In this document: in pieces, positions 1 to 8,365 of the stretch
Position numbering within the stretch: position 1 is the stretch's first letter
How the letters are laid out: every line of letters begins with the position of its first letter
Virus record (IMG/VR): IMGVR_UViG_3300021399_000126
Span: 33,887 to 97,886 of that record
Direction: 5' to 3' (one strand)
From: a virus
Taxonomy: Duplodnaviria; Caudoviricetes
Length of the DNA: 64,000 nucleotides
Notes under the pieces: model-generated
What the model was told of the DNA's origin: nothing
The model's database searches: none
Seen by the model: only the letters and a program-made list of their open reading frames with translations
Position numbers and translations under genes: made by a program

Positions 1-364
1 ATGGTCTCAATACACAATAAACATTGTCCTCACTATCTTTATTAGCAGATACTCGAGCATTTAAATAATTTCCTCGTACCTGTTTAAGATGCTTGTCTAC
101 CCATTCGGCAATCGGCTTATTTTGACGTATATGCTCGGAAATATAAGTTAAGTCTTCTTCTAGATATTGCTCATAATTTTTATCATGAGCTAACAATCTA
201 GCTGCACCACCAAGTGGTAACTCTGCAGAAATATAATTTTTAGGTATTGGCTCTCCAAAGTTTTCTATGTTTTCATGTTCAGGTATTAAAAATGGTACGA
301 TAATAAATGATAAAACTATAAATAATATAATGATTATAAACCACTTATTTTTTGATTTCATCAT
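1..364 (-). CDS. Membrane-anchored protein, partial (runs off the window); possible SH3b-like domain start
   Basis: Manual translation MMKSKNKWFIIIILFIVLSFIIVPFLIP...GNYLNARVSANKDS; N-terminal hydrophobic helix; no stop before position 1. Confidence 0.6.
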   Translation of the reverse strand, partial: MMKSKNKWFIIIILFIVLSFIIVPFLIPEHENIENFGEPIPKNYISAELPLGGAARLLAHDKNYEQYLEEDLTYISEHIRQNKPIAEWVDKHLKQVRGNYLNARVSANKDSEDNVYCVLRP

Positions 365-372
365 GACCCTCT

Positions 373-591
373 TTACTTCTCCTGATGTGATAGAAATACC
401 TGATTATACCATTTACTGCCTTTTATGCATCTTCTTAATACTTCAGCTTTACTAATATTTAATTTTTCTGCCTGTTCACAGACCCATTTGTAATCGTCAG
501 AATCTATAAAAGTAGTTACTGGAAAAGTATAATTAGCATTTAGACTTCTTTTATTAGGTCTCTTATCATGTGGCATTTTATAATGATTCAT
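373..591 (-). CDS. Ribbon-helix-helix (CopG-like) DNA-binding protein
   Basis: VTTFIDSDDYKWVCEQAEKLNISKAEVLRRCI fits the RHH strand-helix-helix pattern. Confidence 0.6.
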   Translation of the reverse strand: MNHYKMPHDKRPNKRSLNANYTFPVTTFIDSDDYKWVCEQAEKLNISKAEVLRRCIKGSKWYNQVFLSHQEK

Positions 592-598
592 ATCATTC

Positions 599-802
599 TC
601 AACCCTCTTTTCTCCATATATTATACAAACAAGATTTATGAAAATATTCTTTTTTACTGCCAGTACCTTTTCTTATTACATATTGAACATCTGGGTTCTT
701 GCCATGAAGTTCAAAATCATAAATACAATTATGACAAAATTTACAGCGTCTAGCCATACTATAACTCATATCATTTTTCACTTTCCTCAGGAAATAATGC
801 AT
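599..802 (-). CDS. Small zinc-binding hypothetical protein (start may be 769)
   Basis: CKFCHNC...FHKSC ligand pattern; packed in the minus-strand operon. Confidence 0.5.
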   Translation of the reverse strand: MHYFLRKVKNDMSYSMARRCKFCHNCIYDFELHGKNPDVQYVIRKGTGSKKEYFHKSCLYNIWRKEG

Positions 803-1169
803 TTATTAATTCTTGATCTATTACAGTACCCAATTTGATTTCCAGCATAAGCTTATGAACATTATTGATTCTTTTATAGCAATCTATTTCTTCCTTAAGA
901 TTACCGATCATTGATTCATAATGTTTGATCGACTTATCTACTAATTCATTTGTAGTCAGCTCTTCAACCATTATTTCCTCATTTTCTGTCTTAGAGTTTA
1001 ATACATACCACGCACATGTATCACAATTATGATTACATACACCACTTTGTACTGCCATAGCACACATTTGTTTTTTAATATTATCACTGTTTTCTTTTGC
1101 CTTTTTCTTATTGATAAAGAGAGATTTGAGCCAATAAATAATCTTTTCAAATATATTTAATTCTCTCAT
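771..1169 (-). CDS. Hypothetical protein with Cys cluster
   Basis: CNHNCDTCAW; SD upstream; overlaps neighbouring genes. Confidence 0.6.
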   Translation of the reverse strand: MRELNIFEKIIYWLKSLFINKKKAKENSDNIKKQMCAMAVQSGVCNHNCDTCAWYVLNSKTENEEIMVEELTTNELVDKSIKHYESMIGNLKEEIDCYKRINNVHKLMLEIKLGTVIDQELINALFPEESEK

Positions 1170-1432
1170 TTTTTACTCCTCTTTTTCCACCTTTTACATT
1201 CTTTCCTATATCGTCTTGAATACTTTTCTAAAATCTCATATAAGGCAATTTCATTTATCTGTGTCTGTCCTAATGGATCTACGACATACCAATCCTCTCC
1301 TAAAAGATAATTGATTATAAATGTTCTAAATTCTGCATCTGACACACCGACACCGAACATATTATCTTTATCTTCACGGTTTTTATATCGTTCGTTCATA
1401 AATTCTATGAGTGTCATTTCTTTTATCTTCAC
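1166..1432 (-). CDS. Hypothetical protein
   Basis: ORF track; coupled to neighbours. Confidence 0.6.
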   Translation of the reverse strand: MKIKEMTLIEFMNERYKNREDKDNMFGVGVSDAEFRTFIINYLLGEDWYVVDPLGQTQINEIALYEILEKYSRRYRKECKRWKKRSKK

Positions 1433-2123
1433 TTTCTATCACCCACTTACCTTCATATTGTGGTAGCCACTCCTTTTCTGAATCTGAACTTAAATCATAT
1501 GGCTTTATAAAAATATCTATATAGTCATTATCTTCTATTCTGTGATAACTATAACAATATTTAAAATCACTATGTTTTTCGTCCCATCCAAGAGTTGATT
1601 TATATTGCAAAGGATCTAACCCAAGTGAGTCTACTAGATCTCTGAAATATATATACTTCTTTTCTTTCAACATAACTTCAAAATTATTAATGATACGATG
1701 TATAAAAATAATATTGTACTCGAAATTGTCATTCATCCATTCTGATGATTGATCATCGAATTTTAATCTTATCATGTTATTTTTCTCACTTTCTACTTTA
1801 TATTGTTCAAACATATCAATAACACTAAGACAATAGTTGATACCTTTAAGAAATTCCGTTTTACCATTAACTTCTTGTTCCCATGCTCCGGTATCCATTA
1901 TCTCTGACTTAATCTTGTCAAGTACCTCAATCATTTCCTTTGGCAGATCCATTAGCCCTGCTTGGTATAACTCAAAGTCGAAAGGCACTGTGTCTTGCTC
2001 TAATAGTTTGATTACACTATCATATATTTCAATATTTTCAAGAGTATCTGCTTGATTCAATCGTTCTTCATCTCGCCTTTTCCACTCTTTGAAAATTCTT
2101 ATTAATTCTTCTTTTGCCATCAT
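1383..2123 (-). CDS. Hypothetical mosaic phage protein
   Basis: 246-aa ORF with GAGG SD; shares a KEMIEVL.KI segment with 2140..2613. Confidence 0.7.
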   Translation of the reverse strand: MMAKEELIRIFKEWKRRDEERLNQADTLENIEIYDSVIKLLEQDTVPFDFELYQAGLMDLPKEMIEVLDKIKSEIMDTGAWEQEVNGKTEFLKGINYCLSVIDMFEQYKVESEKNNMIRLKFDDQSSEWMNDNFEYNIIFIHRIINNFEVMLKEKKYIYFRDLVDSLGLDPLQYKSTLGWDEKHSDFKYCYSYHRIEDNDYIDIFIKPYDLSSDSEKEWLPQYEGKWVIESEDKRNDTHRIYERTI

Positions 2124-2139
2124 TTCTTATTCCTCACTA

Positions 2140-2613
2140 TCAAAACAAAACCTTTACTTCTTCTCTATTATTTTTATTTAGAAAAACAATAGTTTTACCT
2201 GATATCAATTTGCAATAGTTATTAGCTGCTTCAGTTAAAGTTTTTCCTCTCCCAACTACACCTTTAAAACAGTAAACATCGTCAATCCAGCCATCCTTAT
2301 ATCCAACACAAATATTGTCATCAATGTCCTTAGATACTTCCAAAGGATGATTATCAAGGCTTAATAATTTATTAAATGTGTCATATATTTCATTGTTGAC
2401 ATCTTGTCTGTTATAACCTCTAAAAGCATTTAATGCTCTTTCATATAAATCGTTTCCTTTTTCATCTGAAATACTTTTCTGATTTGTATATTTGTCGAAT
2501 ATATCGCATATCTCTGTAGCAATGTCTAAATCATCAATATATTCTAAAATCTCATCTCTTATCTTGCCAAGTACTTCAATCATTTCTTTTGAAGATACTG
2601 TATTATCTGCCAT
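2140..2613 (-). CDS. Chimeric hypothetical protein containing a copy of the TerS C-terminal peptide
   Basis: NDLYERALNAFRGY..QDVN is shared with 62179..62529. Confidence 0.7.
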   Translation of the reverse strand: MADNTVSSKEMIEVLGKIRDEILEYIDDLDIATEICDIFDKYTNQKSISDEKGNDLYERALNAFRGYNRQDVNNEIYDTFNKLLSLDNHPLEVSKDIDDNICVGYKDGWIDDVYCFKGVVGRGKTLTEAANNYCKLISGKTIVFLNKNNREEVKVLF

Positions 2614-2632
2614 TATTTATTCCTCTCTTTCT

Positions 2633-2689
2633 GTGGTGCTATATCGGCAACACCACTTTCCGCCGCTGATTTTCCCTCAGCAGTAAAAG
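2633..2689 (-). ncRNA. Two-hairpin RNA motif, copy 1
   Basis: CUGCUGA-GGGAAAA-UCAGCGG followed by a GUGGUGUU/AGCACCAC hairpin; second copy at 10087-10137. Confidence 0.5.
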
Positions 2690-2691
2690 AA

Positions 2692-2775
2692 TGCTGGCAA
2701 CGAGACTCGAACTCGTACGATCTTACGATCATTGGATTTTAAGTCCAAGGCGTCTACCTATTCCGCCATGCCAGC
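2692..2775 (-). tRNA. tRNA-Leu(TAA), CCA not encoded
   Basis: Cloverleaf: GCTGGCA acceptor, GCGGAATAGGTAGACGC D-arm, TTGGA-CT-TAA-AA-TCCAA anticodon arm, variable arm, TTCGAGT T-loop. Confidence 0.95.
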
Positions 2776-2875
2776 ATGAATAGAGCTCACTAGAAAGGAG
2801 GTTGTGAATATAATTATGTGAGACTCTATTCTAAAAATGTGAGGTAAAAATGGAAATTAGGCTCTTACAAGCCAA

Positions 2876-2994
2876 TGGTGTGGGTAGGGAATCGAACCCT
2901 ACATGATGGTATCAAATACTGATTAGCTACTTCAGTCTTCATCGTGATTATACTTGATATAACCACTGCGTTTATCCACTTCCGCCACCACACC
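2876..2994 (-). ncRNA. Non-canonical tRNA-like RNA (Leu-type scaffold, CAA in loop, extended stems)
   Basis: GGTGTGG/CCACACC acceptor, Leu-like D-arm, 8-9 bp anticodon stem, about 41-nt variable region, 6-bp T-stem GTAGGG-TTCGATT-CCCTAC. Confidence 0.7.
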
Positions 2995-3039
2995 ACTCAA
3001 CATTACGGAGGACCGTGTCCATTATGCAAAACACGGACA

Positions 3040-3111
3040 CAGGGCTAGTCGGATTCGAACCGACGCATCCAGCAGTCAAAGTGCTGTGTCTTTCCGCTTG
3101 GCTATAGCCCT
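3040..3111 (-). tRNA. tRNA-Gln(TTG), CCA not encoded
   Basis: AGGGCTA/TAGCCCT acceptor, CAGCA-CT-TTG-AC-TGCTG anticodon arm, GTTCGAATC T-loop. Confidence 0.93.
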
Positions 3112-3146
3112 AAAAAGATTAGAGGAACCTTAATAGATTCCTCTAA
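3112..3146 (-). terminator. Cassette hairpin terminator
   Basis: TTAGAGGAATC-TATTAA-GGTTCCTCTAA followed by TCTTTTT. Confidence 0.75.
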
Positions 3147-3181
3147 TGTCGTTACCAATATTCAATTTTCATCGGGGAGTT

Positions 3182-3388
3182 TTATGACTCCTCAGTATTA
3201 TCAGCATCAGAATCGGAGTCATCCAACTCATCAGCATCACAGATCTCGAAGTCATCTTCGGTCATGGTCTTCTTACGACCACCGAAGATTCCCCAGAGAA
3301 TCCCGGCGATGCCTGCAGCTGTGATTCCAGCTCCGATACCAACTTTTGCCTTGTTACTAAGTTTCTTCATAATTTGTTCTCCTTTCAT
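3182..3388 (-). CDS. Small single-pass membrane protein with acidic tail (start likely 3370)
   Basis: Gly/Ala-rich TM segment followed by a D/E-rich tail; flanked by its own promoter and terminator. Confidence 0.7.
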   Translation of the reverse strand: MKGEQIMKKLSNKAKVGIGAGITAAGIAGILWGIFGGRKKTMTEDDFEICDADELDDSDSDADNTEES

Positions 3389-3414
3389 GTTGAAACTTTC
3401 ATTGGTTATTACAT

Positions 3415-3440
3415 CATTATATAAGTAATATTTTTTGCGA
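3415..3440 (-). promoter_or_regulatory. Cassette promoter motif TCGCA-N14-TATAAT
   Basis: Minus strand TCGCAAAAAATATTACTTATATAATG; one of 13 copies. Confidence 0.7.
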
Positions 3441-3475
3441 TTTATTCGTTTGTTAATCCAAGAACTACATCATCT

Positions 3476-3898
3476 TTATTCATGCACCTCCGGCTTATCC
3501 TCTTCATACTTCTGAATACCGCAGATATTAGCATAATTTATGGCCGCTACTTCTTCACGATAGTTACCATTATTAACATAGAAAACAATTTCATCAGTAT
3601 AGCTGTTATGCTCATATCCATGTGCTGTTATTATGATGCTTTCATCTTCACTAAACTCCGGAATAATAACTTCAAACATGTTTAGTCTTTTTTCCTTAGT
3701 TGCTTCTTCTACGTCAGGATATACCATAAAATTAGCATTATTCACGATACCAACCAGATTCTTTTTACACCAAATACTGTGTACTTTTTTATAATCAAGA
3801 TAAGTATAAAGCGTATTAGTTACATCAGACATTTTAAAAAACTTTATGTTTCTAAGAACTCTTGTTTTCTTGTTATTGAATATTATTGTTGCATTCAT
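3476..3898 (-). CDS. Hypothetical protein
   Basis: ORF with AGGAG SD before MNATII. Confidence 0.65.
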   Translation of the reverse strand: MNATIIFNNKKTRVLRNIKFFKMSDVTNTLYTYLDYKKVHSIWCKKNLVGIVNNANFMVYPDVEEATKEKRLNMFEVIIPEFSEDESIIITAHGYEHNSYTDEIVFYVNNGNYREEVAAINYANICGIQKYEEDKPEVHE

Positions 3899-4241
3899 CT
3901 TTTTTCTCCTCTTTTTTATAAATATAATGATCGCAATCGAATCCATTTATAGTAAGCCAATCAAATAGAACCTCATCTTGCATGGATGATTCACAGACCA
4001 ATATTGGATCTTTACCATGTGCTAAATATAATAATCTATTTAATGTATAAATAACATCAAGATTATTCAATTTATCGGCATATCCAATTCTATCGTCTTT
4101 TTTAACAGGTGCTAAATCTGGATACTCAATACCTCCGCCATTAACATACCAAGGTGGTGCTTTTCGAGCTACAGATATAGGAATACCAATATTTTCATCT
4201 GGCTTTTTTGTAATATCTATAAATCTACTTAGATATATCAT
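3873..4241 (-). CDS. DUF488-like protein
   Basis: MIYLSRF...PISVARKAPPWY...YPDLAP...ILVCE resembles the DUF488 family. Confidence 0.55.
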   Translation of the reverse strand: MIYLSRFIDITKKPDENIGIPISVARKAPPWYVNGGGIEYPDLAPVKKDDRIGYADKLNNLDVIYTLNRLLYLAHGKDPILVCESSMQDEVLFDWLTINGFDCDHYIYKKEEKKDECNNNIQ

Positions 4242-4365
4242 ATTTTTTCTCCATTTTATTAATTGCATCAAGAACTTTGTCACGTCCGTACAAGTCTATA
4301 AGTTCTACTAATGAAAAATAAAGCCACTTCATATAGTCCATTTCGTCATAAAATTGTTTTGACAA
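4225..4365 (-). CDS. 46-aa hypothetical protein (TTG start)
   Basis: Manual: GGAGG SD, MSKQFYDEMDYMKWLYFSLVELIDLYGRDKVLDAINKMEKKYDISK; fills the gap in the operon. Confidence 0.55.
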   Translation of the reverse strand: MSKQFYDEMDYMKWLYFSLVELIDLYGRDKVLDAINKMEKKYDISK

Positions 4366-4369
4366 TTAT

Positions 4370-4591
4370 TTAATCCTCCGTTATAATCTGCTTAATATTG
4401 ACAAAATGCAATTTACCATTTTCGTCTTTAGCTACAACACTATTTGTCTGATGCTCGTCAATGAAATCGATAGTACATTTACCATAATTAGTAGTAAATA
4501 TAATATCACCTTCTTTAAACTGAGCTAATTTTTGTTCATCATTTTTAATTTTTTGCAGCTTCCTTCTCATCTTATCTCCTAACAATTTCAA
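4370..4591 (-). CDS. Hypothetical protein (small beta-barrel-like)
   Basis: FKEGDIIF...GKCTIDFI; operon packing. Confidence 0.55.
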   Translation of the reverse strand: MKLLGDKMRRKLQKIKNDEQKLAQFKEGDIIFTTNYGKCTIDFIDEHQTNSVVAKDENGKLHFVNIKQIITED

Positions 4592-4814
4592 ATCCCAAAA
4601 CCATTTGTCTTGAAATTACTACATCTCGACTTAAAGTATAGAATTCATAAGTCATATCTCCTGGGAAGAATATATTGTCATATACATCTTTTAAAGTCAT
4701 AGTAGTACCATTAGCCAAATGGATTATAACATCATAAAACTCCCTATCTAAAGTCTCATTAACAATTTTTGTAGGAGCATTAAATATTTCATTTAGAATC
4801 CGATGCTTTCCCAT
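4572..4814 (-). CDS. Hypothetical protein
   Basis: ORF track, AGGAG SD. Confidence 0.6.
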   Translation of the reverse strand: MGKHRILNEIFNAPTKIVNETLDREFYDVIIHLANGTTMTLKDVYDNIFFPGDMTYEFYTLSRDVVISRQMVLGFEIVRR

Positions 4815-5001
4815 CTTTTCTCCTTTTCAAAACTCTAACAAAATCACTCCATAGAGCATCACAGAATTTCTTAAGGTTTGCTGTCTCCTCATCTTTTTCA
4901 AATTTTCCCATACTCCAACAAGCGTAAGCAACACCTGCTCTAAAACCTTGTTCAAGTATATCCTGTTCATTTTTGCTTTTATTTACATGATTATTTGCCA
5001 T
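4789..5001 (-). CDS. Hypothetical protein
   Basis: ORF track, GAGG SD. Confidence 0.6.
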   Translation of the reverse strand: MANNHVNKSKNEQDILEQGFRAGVAYACWSMGKFEKDEETANLKKFCDALWSDFVRVLKRRKDGKASDSK

Positions 5002-5005
5002 ATTT

Positions 5006-5170
5006 TTACCTCTTTAAATTTCTATACATTGCTGTGTCTTTAATAAGATCCCATCTCTCGTCTTTTGTTAATGAGAACCAAATATTTAAAAGTGTGTAGA
5101 ATTCGCTTACAGATATTTGACGTTTTCTCAAATAAGCTACAAACTCATCTCTATTCATTGTATTTTTCAT
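5006..5170 (-). CDS. 54-aa hypothetical protein
   Basis: Manual: GGAGG SD, MKNTMNRDEFVAYLRKRQ... Confidence 0.55.
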   Translation of the reverse strand: MKNTMNRDEFVAYLRKRQISVSEFYTLLNIWFSLTKDERWDLIKDTAMYRNLKR

Positions 5171-5189
5171 TTTTATGGTCCCTCCGGGA

Positions 5190-5465
5190 CTAAGATTTGC
5201 AATATTTTATTTGTACATAGGCTTTTACTGGCTCGACACATATTCCTTTAAATTCATGACTAGGATATATTTCATTATCAGTTAAATTGACATAAACAAT
5301 ATCTGAACCTACAAAGACCATTGATAATGCCATTTTTGTTTTTAAATAAATATGATTATTATATCTAAAGCACTCACCTATATTTAAGTCATCAGTATAA
5401 ATCAATCTTTTACTAATTAAATCATCTTTAATTTCCATTAAAATTTCCTCCTTATATCTTCCCAT
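5190..5465 (-). CDS. Hypothetical protein
   Basis: ORF track. Confidence 0.6.
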   Translation of the reverse strand: MGRYKEEILMEIKDDLISKRLIYTDDLNIGECFRYNNHIYLKTKMALSMVFVGSDIVYVNLTDNEIYPSHEFKGICVEPVKAYVQIKYCKS

Positions 5466-5917
5466 TCCTTATATATTCGGATGTTACGGTCAATGTACTC
5501 TTGGGCATCTGTCATTGCTTGCTCAGTTGCCATATCTTGAGAGAGTATCCCTTTTGGATCTGGTATAAACACTTGCATCCATTTATTTAACTCACGAATA
5601 CGTCTACCAAGCCAAGATTTTGGTATAGGTGCATACACATACTTGGTCAAATATAATGGGTATTCCTTTAGCCAACGCCTATCATATGGATCAAGAACTT
5701 CTGTTGTGTCAAACACTATTTCATGACACATTATCGTGTCTTCGTCCTTTTGAATTTTATTGGCTATTGCTGTAAGCTTTGTCATATATTCATTAGCAGC
5801 TAGGATGTAATTCTGTTGATCTTCTTTTGAAAGAACGTCAAAATTTAAATTGACAAATAGATCCAATCCAGGTAACTTTTCTGTTTTTTCGTACATCTCT
5901 CTTACCTCATTGTCCAT
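5438..5917 (-). CDS. Hypothetical protein
   Basis: ORF track, GGAG SD. Confidence 0.65.
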   Translation of the reverse strand: MDNEVREMYEKTEKLPGLDLFVNLNFDVLSKEDQQNYILAANEYMTKLTAIANKIQKDEDTIMCHEIVFDTTEVLDPYDRRWLKEYPLYLTKYVYAPIPKSWLGRRIRELNKWMQVFIPDPKGILSQDMATEQAMTDAQEYIDRNIRIYKEWEDIRRKF

Positions 5918-6311
5918 TTTTTGACATCTCCTCTATTAATAAACGTACGTACAACGGTTTTAATCTAGTAGCAAATTCCTGAATTGCTACTCCATACTCT
6001 GCCATATAATCTATACCTAAAATATTTACAGCATCCTCTGCATTTGCTTCAAAAAAGTGATGAATAGCCTCCATCATATCAGGAATAGCTAACATATCTT
6101 TAGCGAAATCAGATTCTTTGAAATCTTTTGCCATAACCATATTATTTAGTAAATTTAATTTCTTAGCTGCTTCTTGATCTGTGAATGCTTTACGCTTTAA
6201 ATTTAAAATATCATTGGCTGCTTTATTTATTTTTGAATTTTCATTTGACTTATCTTTTACATCATTCATTAACTCATCTAAAATCTCATCTACGATATTA
6301 TCATCGTCCAT
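5907..6311 (-). CDS. Hypothetical protein
   Basis: GGAGG SD before MDDDNIV; the longer ORF-track start overlaps the upstream gene. Confidence 0.65.
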   Translation of the reverse strand: MDDDNIVDEILDELMNDVKDKSNENSKINKAANDILNLKRKAFTDQEAAKKLNLLNNMVMAKDFKESDFAKDMLAIPDMMEAIHHFFEANAEDAVNILGIDYMAEYGVAIQEFATRLKPLYVRLLIEEMSKNGQ

Positions 6312-6519
6312 TTTTATTATGCCTCCGTTTTCTATTTCGATCAACTGACTTACGTATCCAATCTCGTTCGTCTTTTGCTTCCTTTCTTTTATTGTATTCT
6401 GTTTCTTTTTTCTTTTTAAATTCCAAATATAATGGACATTGATCGTGATATGATCCACATCCTTTTCTATCACAATTGACACATGGAGCTTTCATATAAA
6501 TATAGTCCTCTTTATACAT
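6301..6519 (-). CDS. Small Cys-rich basic protein
   Basis: PCVNCDRKGCGSYHDQCP motif with a basic C-terminus. Confidence 0.6.
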   Translation of the reverse strand: MYKEDYIYMKAPCVNCDRKGCGSYHDQCPLYLEFKKKKETEYNKRKEAKDERDWIRKSVDRNRKRRHNKNGR

Positions 6520-6976
6520 AAAATAAAGCTAGATCATTTATAGCTTTCATTTCTTCCTCAGTTATTCCACCACAATCATATTTTTCGTCAAGATTGTAAA
6601 GGCATTGCCAAAAATATCTATCATTATGCCAATTCCAAAATAACAATTCATATGACACATAATCTTTATAATTCTTATTGATTTTTTCGATGAATTCATC
6701 AAATTTCTTTTTGGCAGTGATCGTGGTGCTAAATCCTCTTTTACACATTTCATCTAGCACCAATTCTGAATATGTGTAAAAGTGTGAAATCGGATAATCC
6801 ATAATCTTATTTACAAGAATATGGTTTGGGGTGCCTATCATAGCTATGTTGCGTGCTATAGTACAGCAATCTTGCCATTGAAATATCAATCTTTGAGATG
6901 GCAATGCATGAATTAAATCTTTATGCCAAAGTCTTAATTCACCTCTTTGCGATAATGTATTATCTAATCTTTCCAT
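6512..6976 (-). CDS. Pyrimidine-dimer DNA glycosylase/endonuclease V-like protein (TIGR02328-like)
   Basis: LRLWHKDLIHALPSQRLIFQWQDCC...H..VN...EM.KRG...HNDRY...CL.NL.EK pattern. Confidence 0.7.
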   Translation of the reverse strand: MERLDNTLSQRGELRLWHKDLIHALPSQRLIFQWQDCCTIARNIAMIGTPNHILVNKIMDYPISHFYTYSELVLDEMCKRGFSTTITAKKKFDEFIEKINKNYKDYVSYELLFWNWHNDRYFWQCLYNLDEKYDCGGITEEEMKAINDLALFYV

Positions 6977-6990
6977 TATTATTTCTCCAT

Positions 6991-7032
6991 AAAAACTAAA
7001 GAGTAGACCTATATTTCAAGATCTACTCTTTA
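6991..7032 (-). terminator. Cassette hairpin terminator
   Basis: TAAAGAGTAGATC-loop-GGTCTACTCTTTA followed by GTTTTT. Confidence 0.75.
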
Positions 7033-7038
7033 TTTGAA

Positions 7039-7254
7039 TCATGCATTCCTTGTAAAAGGATGGGCAAACATTTCTGACCATGCATCAGTAACAGCTGTGA
7101 TCCAAGGTATACGTCTTCTCGTCCATATATTATGGATGAAATCAACCATCATCAGTACTCCTGTGATGGCAAATATCATTGTCCATATTATTATGTACAT
7201 AAATGATATAATACCTGATCCAACAGTTATTGCTACATTTTTTAAAGTTTTCAT
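7039..7254 (-). CDS. Small membrane protein (cassette gene)
   Basis: Long hydrophobic stretch; AGGAGG SD; flanked by promoter and terminator. Confidence 0.7.
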   Translation of the reverse strand: MKTLKNVAITVGSGIISFMYIIIWTMIFAITGVLMMVDFIHNIWTRRRIPWITAVTDAWSEMFAHPFTRNA

Positions 7255-7289
7255 GTTCTTATCCTCCTTTGAATACAGTTAACATGTTT

Positions 7290-7315
7290 CATTATAGAAG
7301 GATTAAAATGTGCGA
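7290..7315 (-). promoter_or_regulatory. Cassette promoter motif
   Basis: TCGCACATTTTAATCCTTCTATAATG. Confidence 0.7.
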
Positions 7316-7322
7316 AATATAA

Positions 7323-7592
7323 TTAAGATGGATTATTCGACCCATAATCAGATGGACTATGCTTCTTTTCTTCATCCGTATAACTCTTAGACAATGTTGT
7401 TTGAACTAATTTAAGAGATGTTGTCGGATTGAAGAACACAAGCCCAGCAAATAGCAAGCACCAAGGTGTTTTAAAGTATATGACAGTAAGATATGCGAAA
7501 CATAATACTGCCAAACACCAAATAAGTCTGAATAAACCGGTGAAAATATAATATTTAACCATACACCAGTTGTCGAATGATGCGTTATTCAT
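7323..7592 (-). CDS. Small membrane protein
   Basis: Two hydrophobic segments. Confidence 0.6.
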   Translation of the reverse strand: MNNASFDNWCMVKYYIFTGLFRLIWCLAVLCFAYLTVIYFKTPWCLLFAGLVFFNPTTSLKLVQTTLSKSYTDEEKKHSPSDYGSNNPS

Positions 7593-8364
7593 ATATTGCC
7601 TCCTTCTTCTTTCTACCTGGAGTTTTCTTAACCTTTACACTATTTAGCATAGCCTTATCTTGCTTTTCTTCAGCGATATTGTTATGCTTTTTATACTTTG
7701 TCAGAAATTCATTGCTAAGATTTCTGCAATCCATCAACTTCCAGTCCAATCTGTTTGTGACCGGCACAACATAACTCTTATACTTTTTAACTAACTCAAA
7801 TACCTCAGTATAAGTATCACAGAGTGTTGAAATATCTGTGTCATCAACTTCAAAATTCTCAATCTTCTTCTGAAGCTCATATCTTCCAGCAATAAGAGAT
7901 TCAAGAAAAGCATGATAATACGGATAAGAGTTTTTAAACTCCTCTTCTTCATATGCCGTTTCTACGAAGAATCTGGCATTTCCTGTAAAAGCTGATGTAC
8001 CCTGCTGATTAGTCTTGTCAACACATGCAGCATACACATTAAGAACCCAGTCTATAACTGGCTCATCCCACTTTCCAAGCACAGCTAGTCCAGAATTTAC
8101 ATATATTAGATCTCTTACGAAATCTTCTGAAGGAGAAATGATTGAACACATGTAACTCTGACAAATATAATTAGGCTGATGTAAACATGGGTCATTGTTC
8201 ATCATAACACGTAACATACGCTCGTCGTTTGACAACGTTGGATCAAGCGACAGATCAGCCCACTGTGATACACTTTCTTTCTTGCTGATAATCTCTTTCG
8301 ATTTTGCAGCATATGTTTTTGCATCAATTCTCCAGCTCTTATTATTCTCAACTTTTTTAGCCAT
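7585..8364 (-). CDS. Hypothetical protein
   Basis: 259-aa ORF with GGAGG SD. Confidence 0.7.
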   Translation of the reverse strand: MAKKVENNKSWRIDAKTYAAKSKEIISKKESVSQWADLSLDPTLSNDERMLRVMMNNDPCLHQPNYICQSYMCSIISPSEDFVRDLIYVNSGLAVLGKWDEPVIDWVLNVYAACVDKTNQQGTSAFTGNARFFVETAYEEEEFKNSYPYYHAFLESLIAGRYELQKKIENFEVDDTDISTLCDTYTEVFELVKKYKSYVVPVTNRLDWKLMDCRNLSNEFLTKYKKHNNIAEEKQDKAMLNSVKVKKTPGRKKKEAIYE

Positions 8365-8365
8365 A

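Noticed and set aside
2876-2994. Selenocysteine or opal-suppressor tRNA, or stop-codon recoding
   Set aside because: TCA is off-centre in the loop (the centred triplet is CAA), and long genes translate intact with the standard code
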